Shown piece after piece: positions 1 to 9,586 of a DNA stretch of 64,000 bases; the first letter of the stretch is position 1, and every line of letters begins with the position of its first letter. This DNA comes from Fidelibacterota bacterium (GTDB lineage Bacteria; Fidelibacterota; Marinisomatia; Marinisomatales; Marinisomataceae): contig OZ243041.1 in NCBI GenBank assembly GCA_965212055.1, forward strand, positions 480,001 through 544,000, in the 5' to 3' direction. The translations under genes and the position numbers were made by a program. Below the pieces are notes generated by a model, which saw only the letters and a list, made by a program, of their open reading frames with translations, was not told the DNA's origin and did not search any database.

Positions 1-489
1 CTGATTAAAGACGGAATCCTCGTTAGAGGACTTGGTGGAATTGAAAGCCAAGTACGATCTGGTGTTAATGGGGTTTCAAACCTTAGAGCTTCCTCTTGGA
101 ATCGTATTCCTATTGATCGTATGGCTAACATTAATCTATCACCGGGTTTATCAACAAGAGATGAGATGATTGGAAGTGTTAAGCGAGGAGTGTATATGGA
201 GAGCAATCGTTCTTGGTCTATTGATGATTATCGCAACAAATTTCAGTTTGGTTGTGAGTATGGTAGAATGATTGAAGATGGAAAGTTAACAAAAGTAGTA
301 AAAAACCCAAATTATAGGGGAATTACCAATCCTTTCTGGAAAAGTTTACATATGGTGGGAGATCAAGACACATTTGAGGTATTTGGTACACCAAATTGTG
401 GAAAAGGAGAACCAAACCAGGTCGAACGTGTTGGTCATGCTTCTCCATTGTGCTTATTTAAAGATATTCAAGTTTTTGGGGGAATGTAA
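1..489 (+). CDS. tldD: TldD/PmbA-family metalloprotease, TldD-like subunit (5'-truncated by window)
   Basis: Frame +1 is open from base 1; PIDRMANINL and CGKGEPNQ..VGHASP motifs of the TldD C-terminus. Confidence 0.85.
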   Translation: MIKDGILVRGLGGIESQVRSGVNGVSNLRASSWNRIPIDRMANINLSPGLSTRDEMIGSVKRGVYMESNRSWSIDDYRNKFQFGCEYGRMIEDGKLTKVVKNPNYRGITNPFWKSLHMVGDQDTFEVFGTPNCGKGEPNQVERVGHASPLCLFKDIQVFGGM

Positions 490-1829
490 TGAAAAAAGAA
501 ATATTCTATACATTATGCAGCAAGGTATTTGATTGTCTCAATTCAGATGAACAATTGACACTTTTTCTTGAGGGAGAAAACTCACAATATTTCCGTTTTA
601 ATGATTCTAAATTAAGACAATCTGGCATCATAGAAGATTTTAACTTAACCCTTTCGTTGTACAACAATAATAAGTGTTTACAATCAATGACAACAATATC
701 TGCAGATTTAGATTCTTCAGTTCGTAAAATTATTAAAGAGATTGATATTTTAAGATTGTCGCTTAACGCAACACCTCCAAGTGATCATATTGTTTTTCCA
801 GATAAATTTGGTTCAGTAGAAGTAAATGCACTTGGCAACTTGCCAGAAAGAGATAATATACTCGATTCTCTGATGGGAATTATTGATAAAAATACTTTAA
901 CAGGTGTATGGAGTTCTGGAAAGATTTTCCGTGGATGTTGTACCTCTAATGGAACAAAACACTGGTTTGAAAAAGATTCTTTTCTTTTTGATTTTTCTCT
1001 CATTGATAGGAATGAAAATATGGTCAAGATATTGTATCCTCATTCAAATTGGAATGAATCTGAATTTCATAAAGTATTTACAGATGCTTCAAGCCAATTA
1101 TCTTTAATGGATAAGTCAAGAATAGAGTTAAAACCAGGGAAATATAGAACATGGTTTGAGCCATGTGCTGTTGCTGATTTTATTGATATGTTTTCGTGGA
1201 ACGGTGTGAGTGAATCCTCTATACGAAAAGGATCGAGTTGTTTTATCAAAATGAGGAATGAAAAAAAGAAATTATCTCCTTTATTTTCTTTGGATGAATC
1301 ATTTACAGATTTAACAACTGCCTCATTTAATACAAGGGGAGAAGTGTCTAGTACCGTCTCAATTATTAAGAATGGTGTATTTGAAAACGCTCTTATTAAT
1401 TCTAAAACGGCAAATGAGTATAATCTTGAGTCAAATTATGCTGAAGACGAAAATTCGTGGGGAATGGGGGAATATTTTCGTTCTCCATCTATGCACGGAG
1501 GATCCTTGCATGATGACGATAAATTAAAAGCATTAGATACAGGCTTATTTATGTCCAATATTCATTATTTGAATTGGAGTGATAATTTAGGAGGAAGAAT
1601 TACAGGATTAACGCGTTATGTTTGTTATTGGGTAGAAAATGGAGAAATGATTGCTCCTATTAAAACCATGCGTTTTGACGATTCTTTTTATAATTTTCTT
1701 GGAGATAATTTAGAAGCAGTTGGAGAAAAGGTATTGGCTAGACCAGTTATTGATACTTATGACGGAAGAAATCCAGGGGAAACCAATTGTCCTGGAATAT
1801 TAGTTAATGATTTTGAATTGACCCTCTAA
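489..1829 (+). CDS. TldE/PmbA-family protein
   Basis: TAATG coupling to tldD; GRITGLTRY..WVENGE..P..MRFDDS C-terminal motif. Confidence 0.8.
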   Translation: MKKEIFYTLCSKVFDCLNSDEQLTLFLEGENSQYFRFNDSKLRQSGIIEDFNLTLSLYNNNKCLQSMTTISADLDSSVRKIIKEIDILRLSLNATPPSDHIVFPDKFGSVEVNALGNLPERDNILDSLMGIIDKNTLTGVWSSGKIFRGCCTSNGTKHWFEKDSFLFDFSLIDRNENMVKILYPHSNWNESEFHKVFTDASSQLSLMDKSRIELKPGKYRTWFEPCAVADFIDMFSWNGVSESSIRKGSSCFIKMRNEKKKLSPLFSLDESFTDLTTASFNTRGEVSSTVSIIKNGVFENALINSKTANEYNLESNYAEDENSWGMGEYFRSPSMHGGSLHDDDKLKALDTGLFMSNIHYLNWSDNLGGRITGLTRYVCYWVENGEMIAPIKTMRFDDSFYNFLGDNLEAVGEKVLARPVIDTYDGRNPGETNCPGILVNDFELTL

Positions 1830-1863
1830 ATATCTATATTTCCACGTTTTTGGGTTGAAAATT

Positions 1864-1937
1864 GGCGTCGTACCCAAGCGGTCTAAGGGATCGGTTTGCA
1901 AAACCGCTATTCGTCGGTTCGAATCCGACCGACGCCT
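1864..1937 (+). tRNA. tRNA-Cys(GCA)
   Basis: GGCGTCG/CGACGCC acceptor stem, anticodon loop TTGCAAA, GGTTCGAATCC T-arm; CCA not encoded. Confidence 0.95.
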
Positions 1938-1952
1938 CAGGCAAATTATGTT

Positions 1953-2038
1953 GCCCGGGTGGTGAAATTGGTAGACACAAGGGACTTAAAATCCCTCGGA
2001 GCTTAAACTCCGTGCCGGTTCGAGTCCGGCTCCGGGCA
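1953..2038 (+). tRNA. tRNA-Leu(TAA)
   Basis: GCCCGGG/TCCGGGC stem, AGGGA-CTTAAAA-TCCCT anticodon arm, long variable arm, GGTTCGAGTCC. Confidence 0.95.
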
Positions 2039-2058
2039 CATTTTAGAGGGATATTTCA

Positions 2059-2790
2059 ATGAAACACTTTGTTTTTTTTCATGGGATCGGAATTAGATCA
2101 TTTTTCTGGGAGAGTATCAGACCTCTTCTCAACAGAGAAAATATACACTATTCATTGATTGATTTGGATTTTACAACTATGGAGACTGGATTTAATTCTG
2201 CGTTAAATAGCGTCGAGAATATCACGAAAAATCACCCTGATAGAGATATTATTCTGGTAGGACATAGTTTGGGCGGTCTTTTTGCAGGATATGTTGCTTA
2301 TAAACTAGGGGAGAGAATTGATAAGTTAATCATTGTTGCATCAGGGCTTTATCCTGAGAAAAAGAAGAAAAAAAGCAATTTTATTAAAAAAAGATTTAAA
2401 AAAATGATGATGAAGCTAATGTTTGGTGGATATATGCCATATTGGGTTACTCAACCTATGTTTTTTACAAATCATACTCCTAAAGAGGCTCAACACCAAC
2501 TTTGGACAAAAACTATAAGAGAAAATCCAAAATTTTTAAAGGAATTTTTGAATTATCGTAATTCATGGCAAAAATTCTATGATAACCCTCATTTTAGCGG
2601 TCCTGATAATGTGTTATGTATTATAAATGATAAAGATAAGATTGTACCAAACCATGCATCGTTATACCTAAAAGATCATTTAAATGCTTCCCATAAAATA
2701 TATGAAGGCGCAGGACATAATGATGTTGTAACATCTAAGAAATTCAATCAAAAATTTGTAAATGATATCATTTCATTTTCACTTATATAA
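2059..2790 (+). CDS. Alpha/beta fold hydrolase
   Basis: HG oxyanion motif, GHSLG nucleophile elbow, D..VP and GAGH; RBS AGAGGG. Confidence 0.85.
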   Translation: MKHFVFFHGIGIRSFFWESIRPLLNRENIHYSLIDLDFTTMETGFNSALNSVENITKNHPDRDIILVGHSLGGLFAGYVAYKLGERIDKLIIVASGLYPEKKKKKSNFIKKRFKKMMMKLMFGGYMPYWVTQPMFFTNHTPKEAQHQLWTKTIRENPKFLKEFLNYRNSWQKFYDNPHFSGPDNVLCIINDKDKIVPNHASLYLKDHLNASHKIYEGAGHNDVVTSKKFNQKFVNDIISFSLI

Positions 2791-2873
2791 GGAGATAGAA
2801 GAATAACATAAACTAATACTTGAATTATAATTAATTCTTGGATTGATGTGTTATAATAGTTAATATTTGTCTA

Positions 2874-3284
2874 ATGAGGCCATTTCATTTAGCGTTTCCA
2901 GTTACAGACTTAGACACTACTAAATCATTCTATGTTAATGTTTTACAATGCGATATTGGAAGAACATCTGATCACTGGATTGACTTTGATATGTTTGGGC
3001 ATCAAGTCGTAGCACATTTAGTGGATAATAAAGAAGGTATTGAGACAAATAAAGTAGACGGAGACAACGTTCCTGCGAGTCATTTTGGAGTTATTCTGAC
3101 ATGGAATCAATGGCATGAATTACGTGACCGTCTTATAAGTCATGATATGGAGTTTATTATAGAGCCAAAAATTCGTTTTAAAGGGGAGCCTGGAGAACAA
3201 GCAACAATGTTTTTCCTTGACCCTTGTGGAAATGCTTTAGAATTTAAGTCCTTTAAAGATGATAAACAGATTTTTGCAACTTAA
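2874..3284 (+). CDS. VOC/glyoxalase-family protein (extradiol dioxygenase-like)
   Basis: PFHLAFPV, HFGV, GEQATMFFLDP.GNALEFKSF. Confidence 0.9.
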   Translation: MRPFHLAFPVTDLDTTKSFYVNVLQCDIGRTSDHWIDFDMFGHQVVAHLVDNKEGIETNKVDGDNVPASHFGVILTWNQWHELRDRLISHDMEFIIEPKIRFKGEPGEQATMFFLDPCGNALEFKSFKDDKQIFAT

Positions 3285-3296
3285 TAGAAAGATAAA

Positions 3297-4006
3297 TTGA
3301 GCGATACATATATACCACACTGGACTCCTGAAATTTTTGGATCTTTTTGGTGGAATGGACTCATTTTTCTATCCTTTTTATCTCTATAATATTGATTATG
3401 GGGAGATATATGGATAAGAAAACTCGTCTTTATCTAACATATTCAATGGGAATATATCAATTGGTGATGGCATTTATTCCAGAATTGGTCCAAATTTATA
3501 ACGGAAAATTCGTTCTAGCTTCTGATTTACCACTCGAGATGTGTGGTCTTTCTGGTATTTTAGCAGGAATTGTTATTTTTTATCGCAATCAAACCTTATT
3601 TGAATTCCTATATTTCTGGGGAATTTGTGGTTTTATTCATTCTATCATCAGTCCAGAGTTTACAGGGGGAGATCCGAGTAATTTCCAAGTATTTGATTAC
3701 TATGTTGGGCATTCAATGATTTTTCTTGTTCCTGTATGGCTTATGGTATTTATGGGGAGAAGTCTAACAAAAGGTGCTTTATGGAGGATTGCTCTTTATA
3801 CCCAACCTGTTTTATTATTTGTAGGGACAATCAACGTGCTTGTTGGAGGGAATTATATGTATTTGGCTGAAGCTCCGATTGCAAATAATCCTCTTATATT
3901 AACAAGAGAATGGCCTTGGTATATTCTTCTTTTTGAATTCTTGATGATTATACATTTTATATTGTTATATCTCCCAGCAAAAAAAAGTAGCGTTTCCTCG
4001 ACATGA
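3297..4006 (+). CDS. YwaF/TIGR02206-family integral membrane protein; probable 1-nt frameshift near 3364-3368
   Basis: LPLEMC, YYVGHS, GNYMYL..P, WPWY motifs. TTG at 3297 reads MSDTYIPHWTPEIFGSFWWNGLIF and joins the 3347 frame if one T is added to a T5 run. Confidence 0.75.
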
Positions 4007-5031
4007 CGTTATTAATTACTTATTTTTGTTTAGCATTATTTCTTTCATTTATTTGTTCTTTATTAGAGGCGGTATTGCTTTCTACTCCAAGTTCTTACGC
4101 GTCAATCTTGAAGAGAGAAAACGAGAAAAGTGGACTTATTCTTGATGAGTTTAAAGAGAATATTAACAGGCCATTAGCAGCCATTTTAACCTTAAATACT
4201 TTTGCTCACACAATAGGAGCGGCAGGTGTTGGTGCACAAGTGTTGAAGATTGCAGCGGAAGCTGGAGTATCTGGGGAAGTTTATGTTGCAATAGCGTCAG
4301 GGATATTAACCTTCTTGATTCTAGTTTTTTCTGAAATTATTCCTAAGACATTAGGGAGTACTTATTGGAGAGGGTTAGTTGGTTCTACAGTACGATTTAT
4401 TCAATTCTTAATTTGGGTAACCTATCCATTTGTTTTATTGGCTGAATTTATCTCTAATTTTGGTTCTGATTCTGCTTCTGTTACAAGGGAGGAAGTAATT
4501 GCAATGGCAGAAATGGGTGAAGATGAAGGTGTTTTAGAAGAACAAGAAACAGATTTAATTGAAAATACTCTCCGTCTAAAAGATATTAAAGTTAACGACG
4601 TAATGACCCCAAGAAACGTTATATTCGCCCTTAACAAGGATATGACAGTTGGACAGGTCCTAGAGGAGCATGAAACCCTAGATTTTACCAGAATACCCGT
4701 TTTTGACACAAATTTGGATAATATGATTGGTATGGTGAACCGTTATAATATCATCAATCGTAAAGCAGAAGATCAGTTCAGCACTAGAATGTCAGAGATT
4801 ATTAAGGACATTCCGTGGGTAAATGAGAATGATTCCATTGATAAAGTTTTAGAATTATTTATTGAAAATAGAGATCATTTATGTCTTGTTAAGGACGATT
4901 TTGACACTCTTACTGGTTTAATTACCTTAGAAGATGCAGTCGAAACATTATTGGGGAAAGAAATTGTTGATGAACATGATTCTGTTGTAGATATGAGAAA
5001 TCTTGCGGAAACTAAGATAAACAACAATTAA
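4003..5031 (+). CDS. CNNM/DUF21 + CBS-domain membrane protein (CorB/HlyC family)
   Basis: SFICSLLEAVLLS, ILTLNTFAHTIGAAGVGAQ, SEIIPKTLG, VMTPR, ITLED..ETLLG.EIVDE.D. Confidence 0.9.
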   Translation: MTLLITYFCLALFLSFICSLLEAVLLSTPSSYASILKRENEKSGLILDEFKENINRPLAAILTLNTFAHTIGAAGVGAQVLKIAAEAGVSGEVYVAIASGILTFLILVFSEIIPKTLGSTYWRGLVGSTVRFIQFLIWVTYPFVLLAEFISNFGSDSASVTREEVIAMAEMGEDEGVLEEQETDLIENTLRLKDIKVNDVMTPRNVIFALNKDMTVGQVLEEHETLDFTRIPVFDTNLDNMIGMVNRYNIINRKAEDQFSTRMSEIIKDIPWVNENDSIDKVLELFIENRDHLCLVKDDFDTLTGLITLEDAVETLLGKEIVDEHDSVVDMRNLAETKINNN

Positions 5032-5094
5032 TCATTTGAGTTTTTAACAAAGTGTACTAAGTTCGGCACCTAATCACTAAAATAAAAATTAATT

Positions 5095-5634
5095 ATGGCT
5101 AAAAAACAAACATTTACTAGCAAATTAGGAAAAGACAAAAAGAAGTTTAAAGTTGTCAAATATATCCAAACCCTTCTTTCTGAGAAGACAGGACATATCA
5201 AATTTTTGTCTAGAATGATTCGTATGGAAGAAGATGAGAATATTGATCAAGCTTTAAAACGTGAAGAAGAAGAATCTTCTAATGTATTAGCATTTGGGGA
5301 ACAGCCAGAGGAAGGCAGAAGAACCTGTAGAAGAAGCTCCAGGAAGAGGAAGCTGAAGAACCTCAAGAAGAACTCCAGCTGAAGAAACTCAAGAAGAAGC
5401 TCCAGTAGAAGAAGAGCCAACTCCAGAAGAACCATCTCTGAAGAAGCTCCAGTAGAAGAAGAATTAAAAGAGGAACAACCAGCAGAGGAAACTCCAGCTG
5501 AAGAAACTCAAGAAGAAGCTCCAGTAGAAGAAGAAACACCTACTGAAGAGCCAGCAGAAGGAAGTACTCCAGAAGAAGAATCGGCACCTGAAGAAGATTC
5601 AGCTGAAAAAGCTGAAGAATCCTCCAAAGAATAA
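5095..5634 (+). CDS. Small basic DUF4295-like protein with long Glu/Ala/Pro-rich tail, frame broken by several indels
   Basis: N-terminus MAKKQTFTSKLGK..KVVK....SEKTGHIKF resembles DUF4295; EEAPVEEE repeats continue in shifting frames to TAA at 5632-5634. Confidence 0.55.
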
Positions 5635-5827
5635 TCTGAAGAGCTCCAGTAGAAGAAGAATTAAAAGCGAACAACCAGCAGAGGAAACTCCAGCTGAAGA
5701 AACTCAAGAAGAAGCTCCAGTAGAAGAAGAAACACCTACTGAAGAGCCAGCCGAGGAAGTATCAGAAGAAGAATCGGCACCTGAAGAAGATTCAGCTGAA
5801 AAAGCTGAAGAATCCTCCAAAGAATAA
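5437..5827 (+). repeat. Near-identical tandem duplication (5437-5634 and 5635-5827) of the acidic-tail coding sequence including its stop codon
   Basis: Both copies run TCTGAAG(A)AGCTCCAGTAGAAGAAGAATTAAAAG...GAATCCTCCAAAGAATAA. Confidence 0.95.
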
Positions 5828-5835
5828 TCAATTTT

Positions 5836-5923
5836 GGAGAGGTGGCTGAGCGGCTGAAAGCGCACGCTTGGAAAGCGTGTTTACGTTAATAGCGTAACGT
5901 GGGTTCGAATCCCACTCTCTCCG
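5836..5923 (+). tRNA. tRNA-Ser(GGA)
   Basis: GGAGAGG/TCTCTCC stem, CACGC-TTGGAAA-GCGTG anticodon arm, long variable arm. Confidence 0.95.
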
Positions 5924-5969
5924 CGAAATATGAGACAGTTTTTATATAGAAAATGGAGTATATTAGGCC

Positions 5970-6062
5970 ATGCTAGCTATGGTATTCCTATATTATCTCA
6001 CTAAAGATATTATTCTCTATATCATTATTCCCTATCTTGTAATGTGGGGGTATAATATTTAA
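5970..6062 (+). CDS. 30-aa hydrophobic ORF or degraded paralogue of the 6066 gene
   Basis: MLAMVFLYYLTKDIILYIIIPYLVMWGYNI aligns with IFLYYLIRDVTLYIVIPYLV of the next gene. Confidence 0.5.
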   Translation: MLAMVFLYYLTKDIILYIIIPYLVMWGYNI

Positions 6063-6065
6063 GCC

Positions 6066-6272
6066 ATGTTTAAAACATTTCTTAACGCACTAAATGACCT
6101 TCGGCTCAATACAAGAAAACACGGTTTACGGTATGCGTTAAAAGATGTTTTTAAAAAATATGGATGGAAAGCTGGAGTAGTAATATTCTTATATTATCTC
6201 ATTCGAGATGTGACTCTCTATATCGTTATTCCCTATCTTGTGGGTAAAGGTTTTATTGATTCAATTAATTAA
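6066..6272 (+). CDS. Small membrane protein, unknown function
   Basis: 68 aa; KKYGWK followed by hydrophobic FLYYLIRDVTLYIVIPYL. Confidence 0.75.
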   Translation: MFKTFLNALNDLRLNTRKHGLRYALKDVFKKYGWKAGVVIFLYYLIRDVTLYIVIPYLVGKGFIDSIN

Positions 6273-6760
6273 ATAATTAAATACAATACAAATATTGCTA
6301 TCAGCAATGATTTCATTGATTTTCCTATTAAGTAACCTAGTGTTGTACTTATCGCAATTTGAGTTGCTTCTTGAGAATTTTTTCCTAGATTTTTTTCATT
6401 ATAATAGGTTACCAAATATGATCCTATAATCAGACCAAGGAATGTACCAATAATCGGGAGGATGAAACTACCTATAATTGCTCCAATAATTGCACCTAAG
6501 ATTGACAAAAAAGCTGATGAATTTTTTCCACCTTGAAATTTTACCATAACAGCACTCAATAGAAATTCAATAACCTCTAATACTATAAATACGATTAACA
6601 TGGTTATAAGAAAATTTTCTGGTAATTCTTGATAGTTTGTAAATCGATCAATACAGAAAATAGATACCAATAAAACAAAAGTTCCTGGAAGATTAATCCA
6701 TACCAATATAATTGAAATTATAGCTATTAAAACTATTGTAATCGTTATTACATAATCCAC
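6269..6760 (-). CDS. DUF456-family membrane protein
   Basis: LPG motif, Gly-rich GAIIGAIIG..PIIG.FLG helices; AAGGA RBS before GTG. Confidence 0.85.
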   Translation of the reverse strand: MDYVITITIVLIAIISIILVWINLPGTFVLLVSIFCIDRFTNYQELPENFLITMLIVFIVLEVIEFLLSAVMVKFQGGKNSSAFLSILGAIIGAIIGSFILPIIGTFLGLIIGSYLVTYYNEKNLGKNSQEATQIAISTTLGYLIGKSMKSLLIAIFVLYLII

Positions 6761-6785
6761 TTATAGTTCCTTAAATATTTGATGG

Positions 6786-7523
6786 TTATTTTCTTAGCAT
6801 TCCTGGTACAGAATTCATTTCAAATTCAATCTCTATTTCATCACGAATGACCCTATCTTTAGCTGTGTCTCTTGTAGAGCGTAATTTATTCCAAAAAGAA
6901 TCAGGATTATCCAGATGCATTTCAGCTCGGTATTGAACGCCAAAATCTGTTCTGTTAAATATTAAGGTTCCAGTTGCTTTTTTCACCTTTGAATCAAGGT
7001 TGATTGTTGCATTAAATGTAATAGGTTTTGTGGTAGATTTAATGGTTAAATCTCCTGTGATTTGAACATTGTATAATCCATCATTAGTTTTCCCAATTAG
7101 TTTAGATGATTTGATATCCAATGAGGCAATAGGGAAGTGTTCTACATCGAAGAAATCTCCAGATCTTAGATGACCAATAAGACGTTCTTTTTTTCCAGGA
7201 TCACTTAGATCTGTATTGGTCATTGTTGCCATATTAATTTCAATTTTTCCTCCTGTCAGATTTTTATCTTCCGTCAAAAAAATTCTTCCTTGTCTAATTT
7301 TCAAGGTACCTGAATGATTGCTGACAGCGAACTTTAATCCGCCTTTCCATTTCAGAATGCTATTTCTTCTATCCAAAATAATTGTTGCAGGAACATCATT
7401 TGAAACAAACCCTTGTTGTTTAGGCATAGCTTCTTTTCTTGGAGTTAATTTTTGTTCTTTTAAATCTAAGCTTTGTGCGGAGATGGTAGTACATAGAACT
7501 AGTAGGTAAATTATTTTTTTCAT
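6786..7523 (-). CDS. YceI-family polyisoprenoid-binding periplasmic protein
   Basis: Signal peptide; L.W.G, H.G, GHLRSGDFFDV..FP.A, GDLTIK..TKPITF, NRTDFGV. Confidence 0.9.
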   Translation of the reverse strand: MKKIIYLLVLCTTISAQSLDLKEQKLTPRKEAMPKQQGFVSNDVPATIILDRRNSILKWKGGLKFAVSNHSGTLKIRQGRIFLTEDKNLTGGKIEINMATMTNTDLSDPGKKERLIGHLRSGDFFDVEHFPIASLDIKSSKLIGKTNDGLYNVQITGDLTIKSTTKPITFNATINLDSKVKKATGTLIFNRTDFGVQYRAEMHLDNPDSFWNKLRSTRDTAKDRVIRDEIEIEFEMNSVPGMLRK

Positions 7524-7608
7524 TTGTTTCTCTTTAGTTTTTTATCAAATAAATTGCGACGCAAAAAATTACTATATATAAACAAGTCATTCAATTAAAT
7601 TTAATCTA

Positions 7609-7695
7609 GGAGGCGTGGCAGAGCGGTTGAATGCACTGGTCTTGAAAACCAGCAAGGGCGCAAGTCCTTCGTAGGTTCGAATCCTACCGCCTCCG
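7609..7695 (+). tRNA. tRNA-Ser(TGA)
   Basis: GGAGGCG/CGCCTCC stem, CTGGT-CTTGAAA-ACCAG anticodon arm, long variable arm. Confidence 0.95.
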
Positions 7696-7697
7696 CA

Positions 7698-9110
7698 ATG
7701 AATAAACCTATTGTCAGATTTGCTCCTAGCCCAACAGGATATTTGCATATTGGAGGTGCTAGAACTGCTCTTTTTAATTGGTTGTATGCCAAAAAACATA
7801 AGGGAACATTTTTATTGCGTATTGAAGATACCGATACAGAACGTTCTGAAAAAAAATATATTGATCAAATATCCGATGCATTAGAATGGTTAGGATTACC
7901 ATGGGATGATGAAATTGTATATCAATCTTCTAATCTTGATCGCCATCAATCTGTTGTAAACTCAATGCTGGATGACGGGACAGCCTATCGATGTTTCTTA
8001 ACGAAAGAAGAACTTGATACGCTTCGTACAGAGGCAGGACAAAAAAAAGCAGTATTTCGTGTTCCAAAAACCTATCGTGATTATACATCAGAACAACAAC
8101 AAGAATTGATTGATCAAGGCAAACCATTTACTGTGCGATTAAAGATTCCTGAAGGAACCACAGAATTTGATGATTTGGTGTATGGAAACATTAAGGTAAA
8201 TAATAGTGATTTAGATGATTTTATTATCGCAAGATCAGATGGGCTACCTACCTATAATTTTGTAGTGACTATTGATGATTGTGATATGAATATTACCCAT
8301 GTTATTAGAGGGGATGATCACTTGGCAAATACACCGAAACAAATCCTGGTTTATCAAGCACTTGGATTCAATGTGCCTACATTTGCCCATTTGCCTATGA
8401 TTCTAGGATCTGATAAGAAACGATTAAGCAAACGACATACAGCAACCAATGTTCAAGAATATCGCGATAAAGGGTATATGCCAGAGGCGATTCTTAATTA
8501 TCTTTCTTTGTTAGGATGGAATCCAGATTCTGATCAAGAAATTTTTAACCTTGATGGTTTAATCGATGGATTTAATCTAGAACAAGTTCAAAAGAAATCT
8601 GCAATATTTGACGAGAAAAAATTATTATGGATTTCTGGTCAACATATGGCAAATGCTAGTATCGATACTACCATTATAGAGCTTGAAAACTTAAAACCAG
8701 ATTGGGCTACAGGGCAGACAAGTAGTTATAAAAAAGATGTTTTAAAACTAACAAAAGAACGATCAAAAACATTGGTAGATTTAATTGAGATTTCAGAAAC
8801 ATTTTTTAGCAGTCAAATTTCTTATGATACAGATGTCAAAGATACAATTTGGAATGATTCATCCAAAAAAATTGTAGAGGACTTATTAAATGCATTAACC
8901 ATTGAAAATAATTGGGATAAAAAAACATTAGAATCTGTTTTTGAAAATCTAATGAATCAACATAATCTATCTCTTGGAAAACTTATCCAACCTATTCGAT
9001 TTGTTCTATCTGGACTTACCTATGGTCCTGGTATTTTTGATACGATGGTTTTGCTTGGAAAAGAATCGTGTATTAAGCGATTGGCGGCTGGATTAAAGGA
9101 ATTAAATTGA
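7698..9110 (+). CDS. gltX: Glutamate--tRNA ligase
   Basis: RFAPSPTGYLHIGG, RIEDTD, IRGDDH, KRLSKR. Confidence 0.98.
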   Translation: MNKPIVRFAPSPTGYLHIGGARTALFNWLYAKKHKGTFLLRIEDTDTERSEKKYIDQISDALEWLGLPWDDEIVYQSSNLDRHQSVVNSMLDDGTAYRCFLTKEELDTLRTEAGQKKAVFRVPKTYRDYTSEQQQELIDQGKPFTVRLKIPEGTTEFDDLVYGNIKVNNSDLDDFIIARSDGLPTYNFVVTIDDCDMNITHVIRGDDHLANTPKQILVYQALGFNVPTFAHLPMILGSDKKRLSKRHTATNVQEYRDKGYMPEAILNYLSLLGWNPDSDQEIFNLDGLIDGFNLEQVQKKSAIFDEKKLLWISGQHMANASIDTTIIELENLKPDWATGQTSSYKKDVLKLTKERSKTLVDLIEISETFFSSQISYDTDVKDTIWNDSSKKIVEDLLNALTIENNWDKKTLESVFENLMNQHNLSLGKLIQPIRFVLSGLTYGPGIFDTMVLLGKESCIKRLAAGLKELN

Positions 9111-9586
9111 AAAAATATAGTATTGTATTTTTAATTCTGTCTATCGTATTTGCACAATCAACTATCCCAAATGCAAAAGTACGTTTACTAAATAATGAAA
9201 CCATCGATTTACATGAATTAACTGGCGATGTTAGTTTCGTTAGTTTTTGGGCTACATGGTGCATCCCTTGTATTAAAGAAATGGATGTTTTAAGTGAATT
9301 TATTGAAGAGTATGATGACAAAGTATCTGTAATCTTAATCAATACAGATGATCCAGGAAAAGTGGGGAAAGTAAAATCGTTTGTGAATTCAAAAAAATAC
9401 CTCAAAGGAGATATTTATCATATTGTAATGGATTATAATCAGAAACTTTCTAGACGATTTAATGCCCAACCCATTCCTTTGTCTTTTATAGTTGAGAATA
9501 ATAATATTATTTATCGGAAACGTGGTTTCATTCCTGGAGATGAAAACATATTTAAGAAAGAATTAGACGCAATATTTAATGAATAA
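9107..9586 (+). CDS. TlpA-family thiol-disulfide reductase, exported
   Basis: Signal peptide; FWATWCIPCIKEM; cis-Pro loop PIP. Confidence 0.9.
   Translation: MKKYSIVFLILSIVFAQSTIPNAKVRLLNNETIDLHELTGDVSFVSFWATWCIPCIKEMDVLSEFIEEYDDKVSVILINTDDPGKVGKVKSFVNSKKYLKGDIYHIVMDYNQKLSRRFNAQPIPLSFIVENNNIIYRKRGFIPGDENIFKKELDAIFNE

Noticed and set aside
1862..2062. 66-aa ORF (also 7587-7799, 7601-7792 and the 12245 start of tadA)
   Set aside because: These are shadows of tRNA genes with clear cloverleaf structure
5828..6300. tRNA-Ser as integration site of a mobile element
   Set aside because: No integrase and no duplicated tRNA 3' end noticed in the window
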